Origin: a bacterium
Lineage (GTDB): Bacteria > Patescibacteriota > WWE3 > 2-01-FULL-39-13 > JAACPI01
Assembly: GCA_009995545.1 (NCBI GenBank)
Contig: JAACPI010000002.1
Span: 78,316 to 142,315, forward strand
Length of the DNA: 64,000 nt
Direction: 5' to 3'
The stretch's first letter is position 1. Each line of letters starts with the position of its first letter. Both the position numbers and the translations under genes were made by a program. This document shows positions 48,027 to 58,042 of the stretch, piece by piece. Under the pieces are notes generated by a model. That model was not told where the DNA came from. It saw nothing but the letters and a program-made list of their open reading frames with translations, and did not search any database.

Positions 48027-50239
48027 ATTATATCCTCTATGGAACTAATTAAGACCTCACGAGGTCTACTACCATCTTTTGGACCTATCACCCCGTTCTC
48101 TTCAAGCTCATCAAGTAACCTAGCCGCTCTTGCATAACCAATACTCAGTCTTCTTTGTAGCAACGACGCAGAAGCTCTGCCATACTCTACAACCACTTCT
48201 ACAGCTTTAGGAAAAGATTCATCGTCCCAAGAGGCATCGCCGGTTTTATTTGCTTTTGTAGTGTTTACTATAGAAAGATCATAATCCGGTTTAACTTCGG
48301 AAGCTTTAAGAAATCCAACCAATCTTGGAATTTCTTGCTCGTTGGTAAATACCCCCTGTATTCTTTTTGGCTTGGAGGATTCTGGGGGTATAAATAACAT
48401 ATCCCCTTTACCCAAAAGCTTCTCTGCACCGCCGGTATCAATAATCACTCTAGAATCAACCTGTGTAGCAACACCAAAGGCAATTCTAGTCGGAATATTA
48501 GCTTTAATGGAACCTGTAATAATATCGGTAGAGGGCCTTTGAGTAGCTAGAACAAGGTGTATACCAGTAGCCCTAGCTAACTGAGCAATACGCACAATGT
48601 GTTTTTCAACTTCATTTCCGGAAGTCATCATTAAATCTGCCAACTCATCCAGCACAACTACAATATAGGACATAGCCTGAAAACCTGATTTTTCGTTGTA
48701 CCCGCCTATATCCCTTACACCAAATTCAGCAAGTACTTTTAATCTCCTCTCCATTTCCCCAACTACCCATTTAAGGGCGCTTACTGCCTCAGAGGTTTCC
48801 GTAATTACAGGGCTAATCAGGTGAGGTATATCGTTATATACAGTCAATTCAACCCTTTTAGGATCAACCATAATAAACTTACACTCATCTGGAGAATTAG
48901 AAAATAAAAGAGTAGTTATTATAGTATGAATCATAATAGATTTACCGGATCCAGTAGCACCAGCGATTAAAACATGGGGCATCTTAGTTATCGAGTAGTA
49001 AACTTCCTGACCACTAACATCTTTTCCTAAACATATAGTTAGATTAGACTTCTCCCTTTGCTTTCGATATTCAGGAGACTCTAACATTGTCTTTAAAAAC
49101 ACAAACTCTTGAGTTATATTAGGAACCTCAACACCAATCAGTGATTTACCAGGAATTGGCGCCTCAATACGCACCTGACCATTTGGCGAAGCTAAGGCTA
49201 GAGCCAAATCCCCATGAAGATTTAATATTCTAGTAGTTTTAGTACCTTCTTTAACTTGTAGAGCGTATTGGGTTACAGAAGGACCAACGTTGACCTCTAC
49301 AACAGTGGCACTTATCCCAAATGACTTTAGAGTGTCTTGTATTACCATCTTTCTCTGATTAGTGTCTCCAGTATTTGGCTTAGACTCTGTGGGTGTAGAA
49401 AGTAAGCTTAGAGGCGGATATTCCCAAATTGTATTAGAATAAGGAAGCTTGGGGGTTTCATTGTTGGATTTGTCGGTAGCTTTTAAAACCGGCGTGGAAG
49501 GGGTGGTGGATTGCCCATTATGATTCCCAATACTAGAAACAGAGTCCTCGATTTTAGGGCTATGAACCCCAGATTTAATTAAAGTTATTGGCTCAGATAC
49601 AGTGTCGACAAAGTGATACTTCTCTTCTTTTGGATCAACTGAATTTTGTTGCAGGGGGGCATCGATATCGGAACTATCGGAACCAGATACATTTTCTAAA
49701 TCAAATAAATCCTCCCCTTCTTGTTCTCCTATCTTATCGCCCCTAGACCTACTAAAAAATTTCAAGTTAGGTGACTTAAGGTTTTTCAAAAGCTCTAAAC
49801 CTTTAAACAAAAATTTTGTCTTCCCCTGAAAGACTAGATACATCCCTAAAACAAAAAACATTAAAAACAAGGCCCAAATACCAAAGTTTCCAACTAACGG
49901 TTCAAAAATATTTTTAGCTAATTTACCTAAAAAAACAGGGTTAGCACGAGCAGCCTCAATAAATATAAGAGAAAAAAGAAGCAGAAAGGTACCTATTAAA
50001 AGCTTTATACTAAAAAATTTAGCTTTAACCATAGGATTTAGATACATTCCTATAAAAAATACCTCTAAACCAAATACAATTGCGGATATCCCAAATATAT
50101 TTCTTAAAAAATCTTTGAAAAAAGTTGCTTGCGGCTGTAGAGAAGCAACCATGATCAAAATACCCAAAAATATCAGAAATATGGAAGCAACATTAAGATA
50201 AAGGTATTCTTTTTTTTCCTCTTTTCTCTTTCTTCCCAT
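48023..50239 (-). CDS. ftsK: DNA translocase FtsK
   Basis: N-terminal TMs, GATGSGKS, DELADLM, ATQRPS, gamma domain ASASLLQRRLSIGYARA. Confidence 0.96.
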   Translation of the reverse strand: MGRKRKEEKKEYLYLNVASIFLIFLGILIMVASLQPQATFFKDFLRNIFGISAIVFGLEVFFIGMYLNPMVKAKFFSIKLLIGTFLLLFSLIFIEAARANPVFLGKLAKNIFEPLVGNFGIWALFLMFFVLGMYLVFQGKTKFLFKGLELLKNLKSPNLKFFSRSRGDKIGEQEGEDLFDLENVSGSDSSDIDAPLQQNSVDPKEEKYHFVDTVSEPITLIKSGVHSPKIEDSVSSIGNHNGQSTTPSTPVLKATDKSNNETPKLPYSNTIWEYPPLSLLSTPTESKPNTGDTNQRKMVIQDTLKSFGISATVVEVNVGPSVTQYALQVKEGTKTTRILNLHGDLALALASPNGQVRIEAPIPGKSLIGVEVPNITQEFVFLKTMLESPEYRKQREKSNLTICLGKDVSGQEVYYSITKMPHVLIAGATGSGKSIMIHTIITTLLFSNSPDECKFIMVDPKRVELTVYNDIPHLISPVITETSEAVSALKWVVGEMERRLKVLAEFGVRDIGGYNEKSGFQAMSYIVVVLDELADLMMTSGNEVEKHIVRIAQLARATGIHLVLATQRPSTDIITGSIKANIPTRIAFGVATQVDSRVIIDTGGAEKLLGKGDMLFIPPESSKPKRIQGVFTNEQEIPRLVGFLKASEVKPDYDLSIVNTTKANKTGDASWDDESFPKAVEVVVEYGRASASLLQRRLSIGYARAARLLDELEENGVIGPKDGSRPREVLISSIEDIM

Positions 50240-50240
50240 G

Positions 50241-52031
50241 TTAATTTTGTTTGATTATTTTAAAAAAGGTCTCCTTATCAACTCTCACCCTACCAGCCTG
50301 GGACATACGTTTTTTACCTAGCTTCTGCTTTTTTAGCAACTTATCTTTACGAGTTCTATCCCCCCCATAAAGTTTAGCTGTAACATCTTTTCTAAAAGCA
50401 GGCAGTGTTTCCCGTGCAATTATTTTACCACCAATTGTCGCCTGCAAAGCTATTGAAAATTGTTGCCTAGGTAGTTCCTGTTTAAGTTTAGAAACAATCA
50501 TCCGACCCATTCTCTCAGAGTTACTTTGGTGAATTAGAAGAGAAAGTGGAGGAAAATCCTCGCCAGCTATTAAGATACTAACCTTCACAATATCGCTTAT
50601 AACATAACCTATAATCTCATAAGACATGGAAGCATACCCCGAGGTTACAGATTTTAAACGATCATTAAAATCTATTATAATTTCTGAAAGAGGTATATTA
50701 AAATTTGCCTTTATTAGGTTCTTTACAGAGCCAAGTAGCTGATCCGTATCCAAAACCAAGCCTCTTTTTTCATTAACAAGTCCTAATACACTGCCTAAGT
50801 ATTCTGCAGGAAAAATTATCTCCACTTTGCACACAGGCTCTTCAACCGTAGATATAAAAGTTGGGTCCGGATACTCTCTTGCAGAGTGAACCTCTACCTT
50901 TTCATTTTTTGTTGTGGTAATAAAATAAGATACCGTAGGAGTAGTAACTACTAGCTCAACAAAAAACTCACGTTTTAGTCTTTCAAGTACAATATCAGCG
51001 TGTAAAAGACCCAAAAAACCACAATTAAAACCATATCCTAAGTGACCTGCAGACTGTGGTTCATAAGTAAAAGAGGAATCAGATAAATTCAGTATCTCCA
51101 AGGCTTTTCTTAAGTCTTGTATCTGACTCGAGTCCTCAGGATATATACCTAAAAAAACTTTAGGTTTAACTTCCTCAAAATCTGGAAATGGCTTTACCGT
51201 GGAACCTGAAAGTCCAATAGTATCACCTACTCTTACCTGGGAGAGTTGTTTTAAACCAGTAACTATAAAACCCACCTCCCCATTATTGAGAGTTTCACAA
51301 TCCACCATTAGGGGGGAAAAGTAACCTACCTTGAGAGCTGTAAAATTAGTCTTATTCGAGTTTATATACAAATTATCCCCTTTATTAAAGGACCCATCAA
51401 CCAAACACAAGGCTACCACCCCAAGGTGTTCGTCGTAGTAAGAGTCATAAATTAATGCTCTAGGATTGGCAGATTCTACTTTGTCTTTAAGAAGAGTCTT
51501 AGATAAAAGAGTTTCAAATAGATCCTCAACCCCCTCACCCGTTTTAGCCGAAGTATAGCAGATCTCACTAAGCTTAAATCCAAAAAAAGAACAAATTTCT
51601 GCTTCAACCTCCTTAATCCTTGCTGTAGGAAGGTCTATTTTATTTATAACAGGAATAATTTCTAAATTCTGCTCAATCGCTTTGTAAGCATTAGATACTG
51701 TTTGTGCCTGAACCCCTTTACTAGCATCAACTAATAAAATAGCTACTTCGCAGGCATATAAAGCCTTAGAAACCTCGTACGCAAAATCAACATGGCCAGG
51801 AGTATCGATCATATTCAATTCATAATCTACAGAGTCTTTAGAGTATAAGATTCTCAAAGATTTTGATTTAATAGTAATACCCCTTTCTTGCTCCAGCTCC
51901 ATCGAATCAAAGTCAGAACCTTTGTCTCTACGGCCTACGTATTTATTAGAGAAACTTAGTAACCGCTGAGCCAGAGTGGATTTACCGTGATCAATATGGG
52001 CTATTATCGAGAAGTTCAGAATTCTTTTCAT
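50241..52031 (-). CDS. lepA: elongation factor 4
   Basis: AHIDHGKSTL, ERGITIK, DTPGH, GFLGLLH, KLYGGD. Confidence 0.96.
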   Translation of the reverse strand: MKRILNFSIIAHIDHGKSTLAQRLLSFSNKYVGRRDKGSDFDSMELEQERGITIKSKSLRILYSKDSVDYELNMIDTPGHVDFAYEVSKALYACEVAILLVDASKGVQAQTVSNAYKAIEQNLEIIPVINKIDLPTARIKEVEAEICSFFGFKLSEICYTSAKTGEGVEDLFETLLSKTLLKDKVESANPRALIYDSYYDEHLGVVALCLVDGSFNKGDNLYINSNKTNFTALKVGYFSPLMVDCETLNNGEVGFIVTGLKQLSQVRVGDTIGLSGSTVKPFPDFEEVKPKVFLGIYPEDSSQIQDLRKALEILNLSDSSFTYEPQSAGHLGYGFNCGFLGLLHADIVLERLKREFFVELVVTTPTVSYFITTTKNEKVEVHSAREYPDPTFISTVEEPVCKVEIIFPAEYLGSVLGLVNEKRGLVLDTDQLLGSVKNLIKANFNIPLSEIIIDFNDRLKSVTSGYASMSYEIIGYVISDIVKVSILIAGEDFPPLSLLIHQSNSERMGRMIVSKLKQELPRQQFSIALQATIGGKIIARETLPAFRKDVTAKLYGGDRTRKDKLLKKQKLGKKRMSQAGRVRVDKETFFKIIKQN

Positions 52032-52209
52032 TTTTACTTAAAATAGATTTAATTTGGTCCGGACTATACTTAATTTCAAAAACTTCGTAGGAGGATTCCA
52101 GGTTAGAAGGTCTTTCGAACAGGTAAGATTCTAAAGTATTCCAGACCAAAAACAAAAGACTTCCTACTAAGAATATTTTTAAAATGGAATTTAAATTATT
52201 ATTATTCAT
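51991..52209 (-). CDS. small membrane protein
   Basis: Single TM; overlaps pilO and lepA. Confidence 0.45.
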   Translation of the reverse strand: MNNNNLNSILKIFLVGSLLFLVWNTLESYLFERPSNLESSYEVFEIKYSPDQIKSILSKNEKNSELLDNSPY

Positions 52210-52768
52210 AATAGGTGTTTATTATTATATCAACATCTAGTTCATAGTTACTGCGAGAATTATCATCTTTTTTAGAAATTTTAAGAGATTCAACTTGGTA
52301 TAATCGAGAATCGGCTACTAAATTCTGAAAAAAACTCTCCACACCCCTAAAATCACCTCTGACAGTAAGGCTTATTTTTTCGACACCCTCAGACTTAGAA
52401 AGAAGGTTAGCTTGACTTAAAAAAACATTACTTTTGAGTGAAAAATAATTTATTTTGTTTAAAAACGACGAAGGCTCAGGATTTAAAGGTACCAGGTTGT
52501 CAAACATAGGTGTATAAGGTGCTAGTGTTTCGTAATAACCCGAAGCTGTACGGTAAATCTCTAAAGTTTTTTGTAATTCGACCAGCTCAGCCTTAGTCGC
52601 GTAGCTTCTCTCCCTTGTAACCTTAATTTTTTTATAAGCTGGAAATAGAAAAAATACCGATAAAATAAGCAGGATTAAGACAAGTAATATAGACACGAAC
52701 CTATCTCTAAAATCCTCCTGAGACAACTTTATTTTAAGTAGTGAAATATATTTATTAATTAGATCCAT
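52202..52768 (-). CDS. pilO: type IV pilus assembly PilO-like protein
   Basis: TM, coiled coil, LTVRGDF...FFQNL...RLYQVESLKI. Confidence 0.75.
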   Translation of the reverse strand: MDLINKYISLLKIKLSQEDFRDRFVSILLVLILLILSVFFLFPAYKKIKVTRERSYATKAELVELQKTLEIYRTASGYYETLAPYTPMFDNLVPLNPEPSSFLNKINYFSLKSNVFLSQANLLSKSEGVEKISLTVRGDFRGVESFFQNLVADSRLYQVESLKISKKDDNSRSNYELDVDIIINTYYE

Positions 52769-53291
52769 AAGAGTAATCCATTTTTAATGTAAAAGAGAAG
52801 CTATCCGACTCCTTGTTATATTGACTACTAGTCAATATGACCGAGCTAAAACGCGGTTCCTGAAGCACTAAACTCAAAAAAGTAGTAAACTCCCCAGGGC
52901 TCCCACTCTTAGCTAATATCTGAACCTTACCATCCGATATTTCAACATCTTTAATAGATATCCCTGTAGGGGTCGAATTATTTAGAAAATCTAATATAAA
53001 TAAGGCGTTTACCTCTCCAGAGTTAACATCCTGGGTGAACGCGGTCAGATCTTGGTATTTTTTATACCTTAGGGCAGGCTCCGAGTAAGAATCGATTTGT
53101 AATCTAATCTCCTGATTGGTAGCAATATCTCTAGATATATTTCTATCTAAAGCAAATCTATAACCATAGAATAAAAAAAGCACAGTGTTAAAAACTAAAA
53201 GAATATTTTTTGCATAAAAGCTTAACAAATAAAAATATCCTTTCTTTGTATTTAGGTCTGCTTTTGGTATGAGGTTAATTTGGGAAGGCAT
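52755..53291 (-). CDS. pilN: type IV pilus assembly PilN-like protein
   Basis: QINLIP motif, TM, PTGISI, FSSVIL, FSFTL. Confidence 0.78.
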   Translation of the reverse strand: MPSQINLIPKADLNTKKGYFYLLSFYAKNILLVFNTVLFLFYGYRFALDRNISRDIATNQEIRLQIDSYSEPALRYKKYQDLTAFTQDVNSGEVNALFILDFLNNSTPTGISIKDVEISDGKVQILAKSGSPGEFTTFLSLVLQEPRFSSVILTSSQYNKESDSFSFTLKMDYSYGSN

Positions 53292-53317
53292 TAAAGAAAT
53301 AATAGCATTTTGTGCTA

Positions 53318-54955
53318 TTAATGTTTAGAAAATTTGAATAAGAAAGGTAGATACTTTTTGGCAGGAAGATAAAACTGCTTGTATTGGCTTAATCCTAATA
53401 GGATTGAAACCAGTAAGTAAATAACCAGGCCTAAAAATATTACAGAGAAAGTCAAAAGTAGTAAAGGCAGGGTTCTCGTGGTATCAAATATAACTCTGTC
53501 AAAAACCTTCATTAGACTGTATGTAATGAAACCACAGATTAGAGTTGCATAAAGTATCTTCATAAACTCCTGATATACATAAACTGGAAAATGGCCGAAT
53601 CTTTTTATATAACAAATATAAATATGCGTGGTACCGACTAAAGTTCCAATGGAAAAAGACAAAGCCAAGCCCCATACCCCAAAACCCAAAGTTATTGAAA
53701 ACAAAAAACTTAAAATAAAGGATAAAGTAAGTGATATAAGTCCCGAAAATGTTGGGGTTTTAGAGTCATAGTGTGCGTAAAAAACTTTGCTCACCAACTG
53801 AAACACAGCTTGTCCCCACATGGAAATACTAAAAAAAGCTAATGTATAGGCAGTCAGGTTGGTACCCAACCATGAGAACTTATCCCCCCCGTAAAGAAGA
53901 CGAACCAGGGGAATTCTAAGAACAAAAAATAGTATTACTATCGGAAGCATATAGTAAGTTAGTAGTAATAAGTATTTATGTAATTCCGCCTGTAATTTTT
54001 CAGACTTACCTTCCGATAGATATCTAGCAAAGTTCGGAGATAAAACCTGAGAAAATGCCGTTCCAAAGGCGTTAACGGGGTAGTTTTGCAACTGGTTAGC
54101 AAATTCGTAGATAACAACATAGGATGGAGATTTGTAAACATAAGTTATAAGACCATTAATAACTAAAATATAAACTCGACTAGCTGTTACACTGAAAAGT
54201 CTGGGCCCCGCTAGTTTAATTACCTTAGCCAACTCCCCAGGCTCAAAAGTTAAAGAAAACTCATACTCAAACTTTAGTTTAGACACAAACGGAAGTAGCA
54301 ATAACATACCTAAAAAGGACCCTGCCAAAGCCCCATAAGCGGTTGCATATATACCTAATTTATCAAAAAACAAAATAGTAACCACAATCATTCCCACATT
54401 GTTAAGCAAAGGGATTAGAGACGGCACGATAAAACGCTCTTCGGACTGTAAAAAAGCTGCAAAGTAAGTTGAAACTATTAGAGGAAATTGAGAAATGAGA
54501 AGGATTCTAAGTAACTGTGAAAGTAAAAATAGATGCTCTGGATCCAAAGAGGACCAACTAATTAGGGCAGCAGCCTGTTGTGAAAAAATAAAAAGGCCTA
54601 GAAAAACCAAACCATATATTAATAGAGACCAGGTCAGTATTACCGACGTAAACTTGCCAGGTTTATTTCCCATAACTTTCTTATTATCGAAGTAGACGGG
54701 AAAAAAGGCGGCTGAGGTGACAGAAAAAATAAGAATTGAGAAAACTAGACTGGGAAGTTTATCAGCCATATAAAACATACCAAGCTCGGAAGTATCGCCA
54801 TATAATCCCGCTAAAACCCTATTTCTAAGCATTCCAAAAAAAGCTGAGCCTATATACACAATGAAAACCGACAAAGCAGCACTCTTTGTGCTTACACGGT
54901 CTTCAAATATTCTATTGATTAACCTAAAGTTGTTCAGCATAATATATGACCCCAA
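53318..54955 (-). CDS. murJ: lipid II flippase MurJ
   Basis: GMLRNRVLAGLYG, AAFFP, many TMs, FYAHYDSKTP. Confidence 0.9.
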   Translation of the reverse strand: MGSYIMLNNFRLINRIFEDRVSTKSAALSVFIVYIGSAFFGMLRNRVLAGLYGDTSELGMFYMADKLPSLVFSILIFSVTSAAFFPVYFDNKKVMGNKPGKFTSVILTWSLLIYGLVFLGLFIFSQQAAALISWSSLDPEHLFLLSQLLRILLISQFPLIVSTYFAAFLQSEERFIVPSLIPLLNNVGMIVVTILFFDKLGIYATAYGALAGSFLGMLLLLPFVSKLKFEYEFSLTFEPGELAKVIKLAGPRLFSVTASRVYILVINGLITYVYKSPSYVVIYEFANQLQNYPVNAFGTAFSQVLSPNFARYLSEGKSEKLQAELHKYLLLLTYYMLPIVILFFVLRIPLVRLLYGGDKFSWLGTNLTAYTLAFFSISMWGQAVFQLVSKVFYAHYDSKTPTFSGLISLTLSFILSFLFSITLGFGVWGLALSFSIGTLVGTTHIYICYIKRFGHFPVYVYQEFMKILYATLICGFITYSLMKVFDRVIFDTTRTLPLLLLTFSVIFLGLVIYLLVSILLGLSQYKQFYLPAKKYLPFLFKFSKH

Positions 54956-55135
54956 AGGGATTTATGAAAGTATACTATTAAAAAAATATTTTTAAGACTA
55001 GCAATTACCTCAAATATCTATATTACACACAAAGGATTAAATTTTTACTTAAGCTGACTTGTGAATAACTAAAAAAATATTCCAGATCCAAAAACCTTGC
55101 TATAAAGGGCACAGATTGTTATCATGTATTTAATT

Positions 55136-55396
55136 ATGGCAAACACTAAATCAGCTAAAAAACAGGTGAGAAAAACATTAAAAAAGGCAAAGGTAAATCG
55201 TTTCTGGAAGGACTCTATTAAGCTTAACACTAAAAAATTATTAGACAGTAGTAAAGAGGGAACTAAGGAGAAGGCCGCTGAAAATTTTAAAAGACTCAAG
55301 AGTACCTTAGATAAAGCTAGCAAACGAGGGGTCTTAAGTAAGAATAAATCTGCACGTATTAAATCTAGAATGTCAAAGTCACTTTCGAAAAAGTAA
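55136..55396 (+). CDS. rpsT: 30S ribosomal protein S20
   Basis: MANTKSAKK...LDKASKRGVLSKNKSARIKSR. Confidence 0.95.
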   Translation: MANTKSAKKQVRKTLKKAKVNRFWKDSIKLNTKKLLDSSKEGTKEKAAENFKRLKSTLDKASKRGVLSKNKSARIKSRMSKSLSKK

Positions 55397-55411
55397 AATA
55401 GCTTAAAAATT

Positions 55412-56071
55412 ATGTTCCTGCCTAATAAGAGGTTTCCTTATCAAGCTGTATGTTATTTTCTATTTTTTATTGTAGCACCCCTTATTTTCACGAAACACGT
55501 TAATGCTGCTAGTTTTTATATCAACCCTGCAACAGGACAAATAAGCTCAGAAAAATTTTCAATAACTTTGACCATAGATCCCGAGGGAGATAACGTAGGC
55601 AGTGCTTCTGCGTATTTGTCTTACGATGCAAAACAGGTAGAAGTTTCTGTGATCAATAACGGAACCTTTAATTCTTATACTTCAAAATTCAATGACCCTA
55701 CAACCGGAATAATCCACATAGAAGCAAAAAATGATCAGGTTTTAACCGGGATAGTGAATTTTGCAGTAATCGAATTTACTAATCTGAAAACTAGTCCAAC
55801 CATCGACCTACAATTATTAACGACTCCCACATATAAATCCAATATATTGGATAGTGAGGGTATCGACACTACAAATACAGTTAAATCAGCGTCTTTAGAT
55901 AATTCTTTGTATAACAGTAACGGGGGTGCTTTAACAAGTTCAGCCACACCCTCAGTAGCAGTTCCAAGTACGGGATTTGAAATAGTAGATTTCCGCTTTC
56001 TAATATTGCTCTCAGTAGCACTCTCTTTTACAAGCTTGTTTATGCGTAGTCATGCTAAATCAAAATACTAA
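55412..56071 (+). CDS. secreted cohesin-domain protein with VPSTG sorting signal
   Basis: Signal peptide ending VNA-A; FSITLTID, AYLSYD, FAVIEF cohesin-like strands; S/T linker; VPSTG, TM, basic tail. Confidence 0.7.
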   Translation: MFLPNKRFPYQAVCYFLFFIVAPLIFTKHVNAASFYINPATGQISSEKFSITLTIDPEGDNVGSASAYLSYDAKQVEVSVINNGTFNSYTSKFNDPTTGIIHIEAKNDQVLTGIVNFAVIEFTNLKTSPTIDLQLLTTPTYKSNILDSEGIDTTNTVKSASLDNSLYNSNGGALTSSATPSVAVPSTGFEIVDFRFLILLSVALSFTSLFMRSHAKSKY

Positions 56072-56624
56072 AGGTTTTTTAACCTTACTTACAATAACTG
56101 GAATTGTATCGAGTGTTTTCTACGGATATAAAGGGCTAATTGAGCCTAACTTAATGAGAAATGCTGAGTTGTTTCCAGTTGAAATTGCGGAAATAACTAT
56201 AACTCCAAAAGTTGAAATCAGGGATACCCTTGCCTCGATAACTTGGGAAATAGAAGATAGTGCAGGGGGGATAAAGTACGCTAACAAAAAACAAGACTGT
56301 ATAGATAAAAATAACGAGTGTTTAAGTATTCAAGCCGAAATAAATGGGACCCACCACAAAGCTGAGATATTAAATTTAAAAGAAGATACGGATTATTTTT
56401 ATAAAATAATCGTTAATGGCGAGGAATTCCCTAAAGAAGATGAAAAATTTTTTTCGTTTAAAAAACCTTCTGATCCTAAGCCTGCGGAAAATACCGGTCC
56501 AGATCTAGATCCTAAAAATATACATGAGGCCATAAAAACGCAGGACCTAACCTATGATCTAAACGGTGACGGCAAGGTTACCATTGCAGATTTATACATG
56601 CTTAACAGCAAAAAACCTAACTAG
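56052..56624 (+). CDS. Fn3-like plus dockerin-repeat protein
   Basis: N-terminal TM; ASITWE, HKAEILNLKEDTDYFYKI (Fn3-like); DLNGDGKVTIADL. Confidence 0.7.
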   Translation: MLNQNTKGFLTLLTITGIVSSVFYGYKGLIEPNLMRNAELFPVEIAEITITPKVEIRDTLASITWEIEDSAGGIKYANKKQDCIDKNNECLSIQAEINGTHHKAEILNLKEDTDYFYKIIVNGEEFPKEDEKFFSFKKPSDPKPAENTGPDLDPKNIHEAIKTQDLTYDLNGDGKVTIADLYMLNSKKPN

Positions 56625-56990
56625 CACACTGAGTAAAATAAAGGGTATAAGCACTGCTAAAGATTGAAAGTATATTCTCCTATCAAAGTAGCCAGTATCT
56701 GGTACTAAGTAACTTTGCTCCGGAATAGCTTTAGGGAATTCAGGAGATAATTCAGAAGTTTCTTTATTTAAGCTAATTTCTGTATCAGAAATTTGTAATT
56801 GCGTAACCCCCAAGTTACCAACTAATGCCACAGTACGGGAATAAGAATCTGACTCGATAATATTAATATCCGTCATGCTCGAGCCTTTTTCTAGGAGGAT
56901 AAATGAAAAAAATAAGACACTTGCCACAAACAATAGTACAAAAAACCCCAATATAATTTTTATTTCATTGCCTTTAATAAGAGTTGTCAT
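56592..56990 (-). CDS. small protein with VPDTG sorting signal
   Basis: N-terminal TM; VPDTG followed by hydrophobic stretch and basic tail. Confidence 0.6.
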   Translation of the reverse strand: MTTLIKGNEIKIILGFFVLLFVASVLFFSFILLEKGSSMTDINIIESDSYSRTVALVGNLGVTQLQISDTEISLNKETSELSPEFPKAIPEQSYLVPDTGYFDRRIYFQSLAVLIPFILLSVLVRFFAVKHV

Positions 56991-57000
56991 AGAAATTCAT

Positions 57001-58041
57001 TTAATTATTTTTACAGACAATTTTGTAAGTACCGATCTCCTTAAAAGTATAATCATAAGAGTAAGACATTAATACACGGTCAGTATTTGTATCCAGTACC
57101 TTTTCAAAGCTGCAACTGTTATCACAAACGAAGTCTTCTATGTAACCGTTATCTTGACCTAAAATACTAAAACCGTAAGATTTAGCGGGGCTGTACTTAT
57201 CCAAATCCAAAAAACAAGCTACGTGAAACTCTTTTTCTAAAACCTTTTCGGCAGTAACAGAGTAAAAAGTACCCTCATCTAGGGATTTAGCCTTTTTCAT
57301 AGGTGTCTTGGACTCACCTTCAACAACAAATCCAGATTCTTTAGAGGTAGAACATAAACTATTATCCATTTGATTCACCTTGACTATGTCCAACCCCGCC
57401 TTAAAACAGCCAGATCCAAGGCTTTCTTGGGTAATAGGAACCTGAACTGTAAATATATCAGAGCTTGTCGAGTCTTTAGGTAAGGTAATACTACTTACTA
57501 CGTTTCCCTTTCTGTCTACCGGAGACAAGGGAGATTTATCATAGGTAAAATCACAATTGGAGACATTAGGTAGATTCAAATAATAAGGATTAACATAAAC
57601 ACGGGCCTCCTGTTTTAGGGGGTTTACGTAACAAACCTCTACAGATTCTAGTCTAGAGATCTCTGTACAAGGACATTTGTAGGCATCTTCATTACAAACT
57701 TTCTTTACTTCTGGAGACATTTTAAACGCCACTAAGTTAGAGTCTCTAACAGCCTGTAAATCCCAAACATAGTAACCGTTCTCATATCTAAGTGATGAGT
57801 GCTTTAAGCTAACTGCACACACCGCTAAATCTATATTACTAGACTCAAGTAGGGTATTAACGTGGGCTTTTTCAGATAAGGGTGTAGGTAGCAGTGAGTC
57901 GGGTATTTTTAAAAAACTAAAACCAGCTTCCTCTACTACATTAACGTCCAGGGGTTTTATAAACAAATATCTGTAAGTAAAAAAAGATAACAATCCTAAC
58001 ATTAGTAATAATCCGATCATCAGTTTAGTGTGTTTTCTCAT
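57001..58041 (-). CDS. Cys-rich exported hypothetical protein
   Basis: N-terminal signal/TM; many Cys; PKD/Ig-like C-terminus YTFKEIGTYKI. Confidence 0.6.
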   Translation of the reverse strand: MRKHTKLMIGLLLMLGLLSFFTYRYLFIKPLDVNVVEEAGFSFLKIPDSLLPTPLSEKAHVNTLLESSNIDLAVCAVSLKHSSLRYENGYYVWDLQAVRDSNLVAFKMSPEVKKVCNEDAYKCPCTEISRLESVEVCYVNPLKQEARVYVNPYYLNLPNVSNCDFTYDKSPLSPVDRKGNVVSSITLPKDSTSSDIFTVQVPITQESLGSGCFKAGLDIVKVNQMDNSLCSTSKESGFVVEGESKTPMKKAKSLDEGTFYSVTAEKVLEKEFHVACFLDLDKYSPAKSYGFSILGQDNGYIEDFVCDNSCSFEKVLDTNTDRVLMSYSYDYTFKEIGTYKIVCKNN

Positions 58042-58042
58042 A

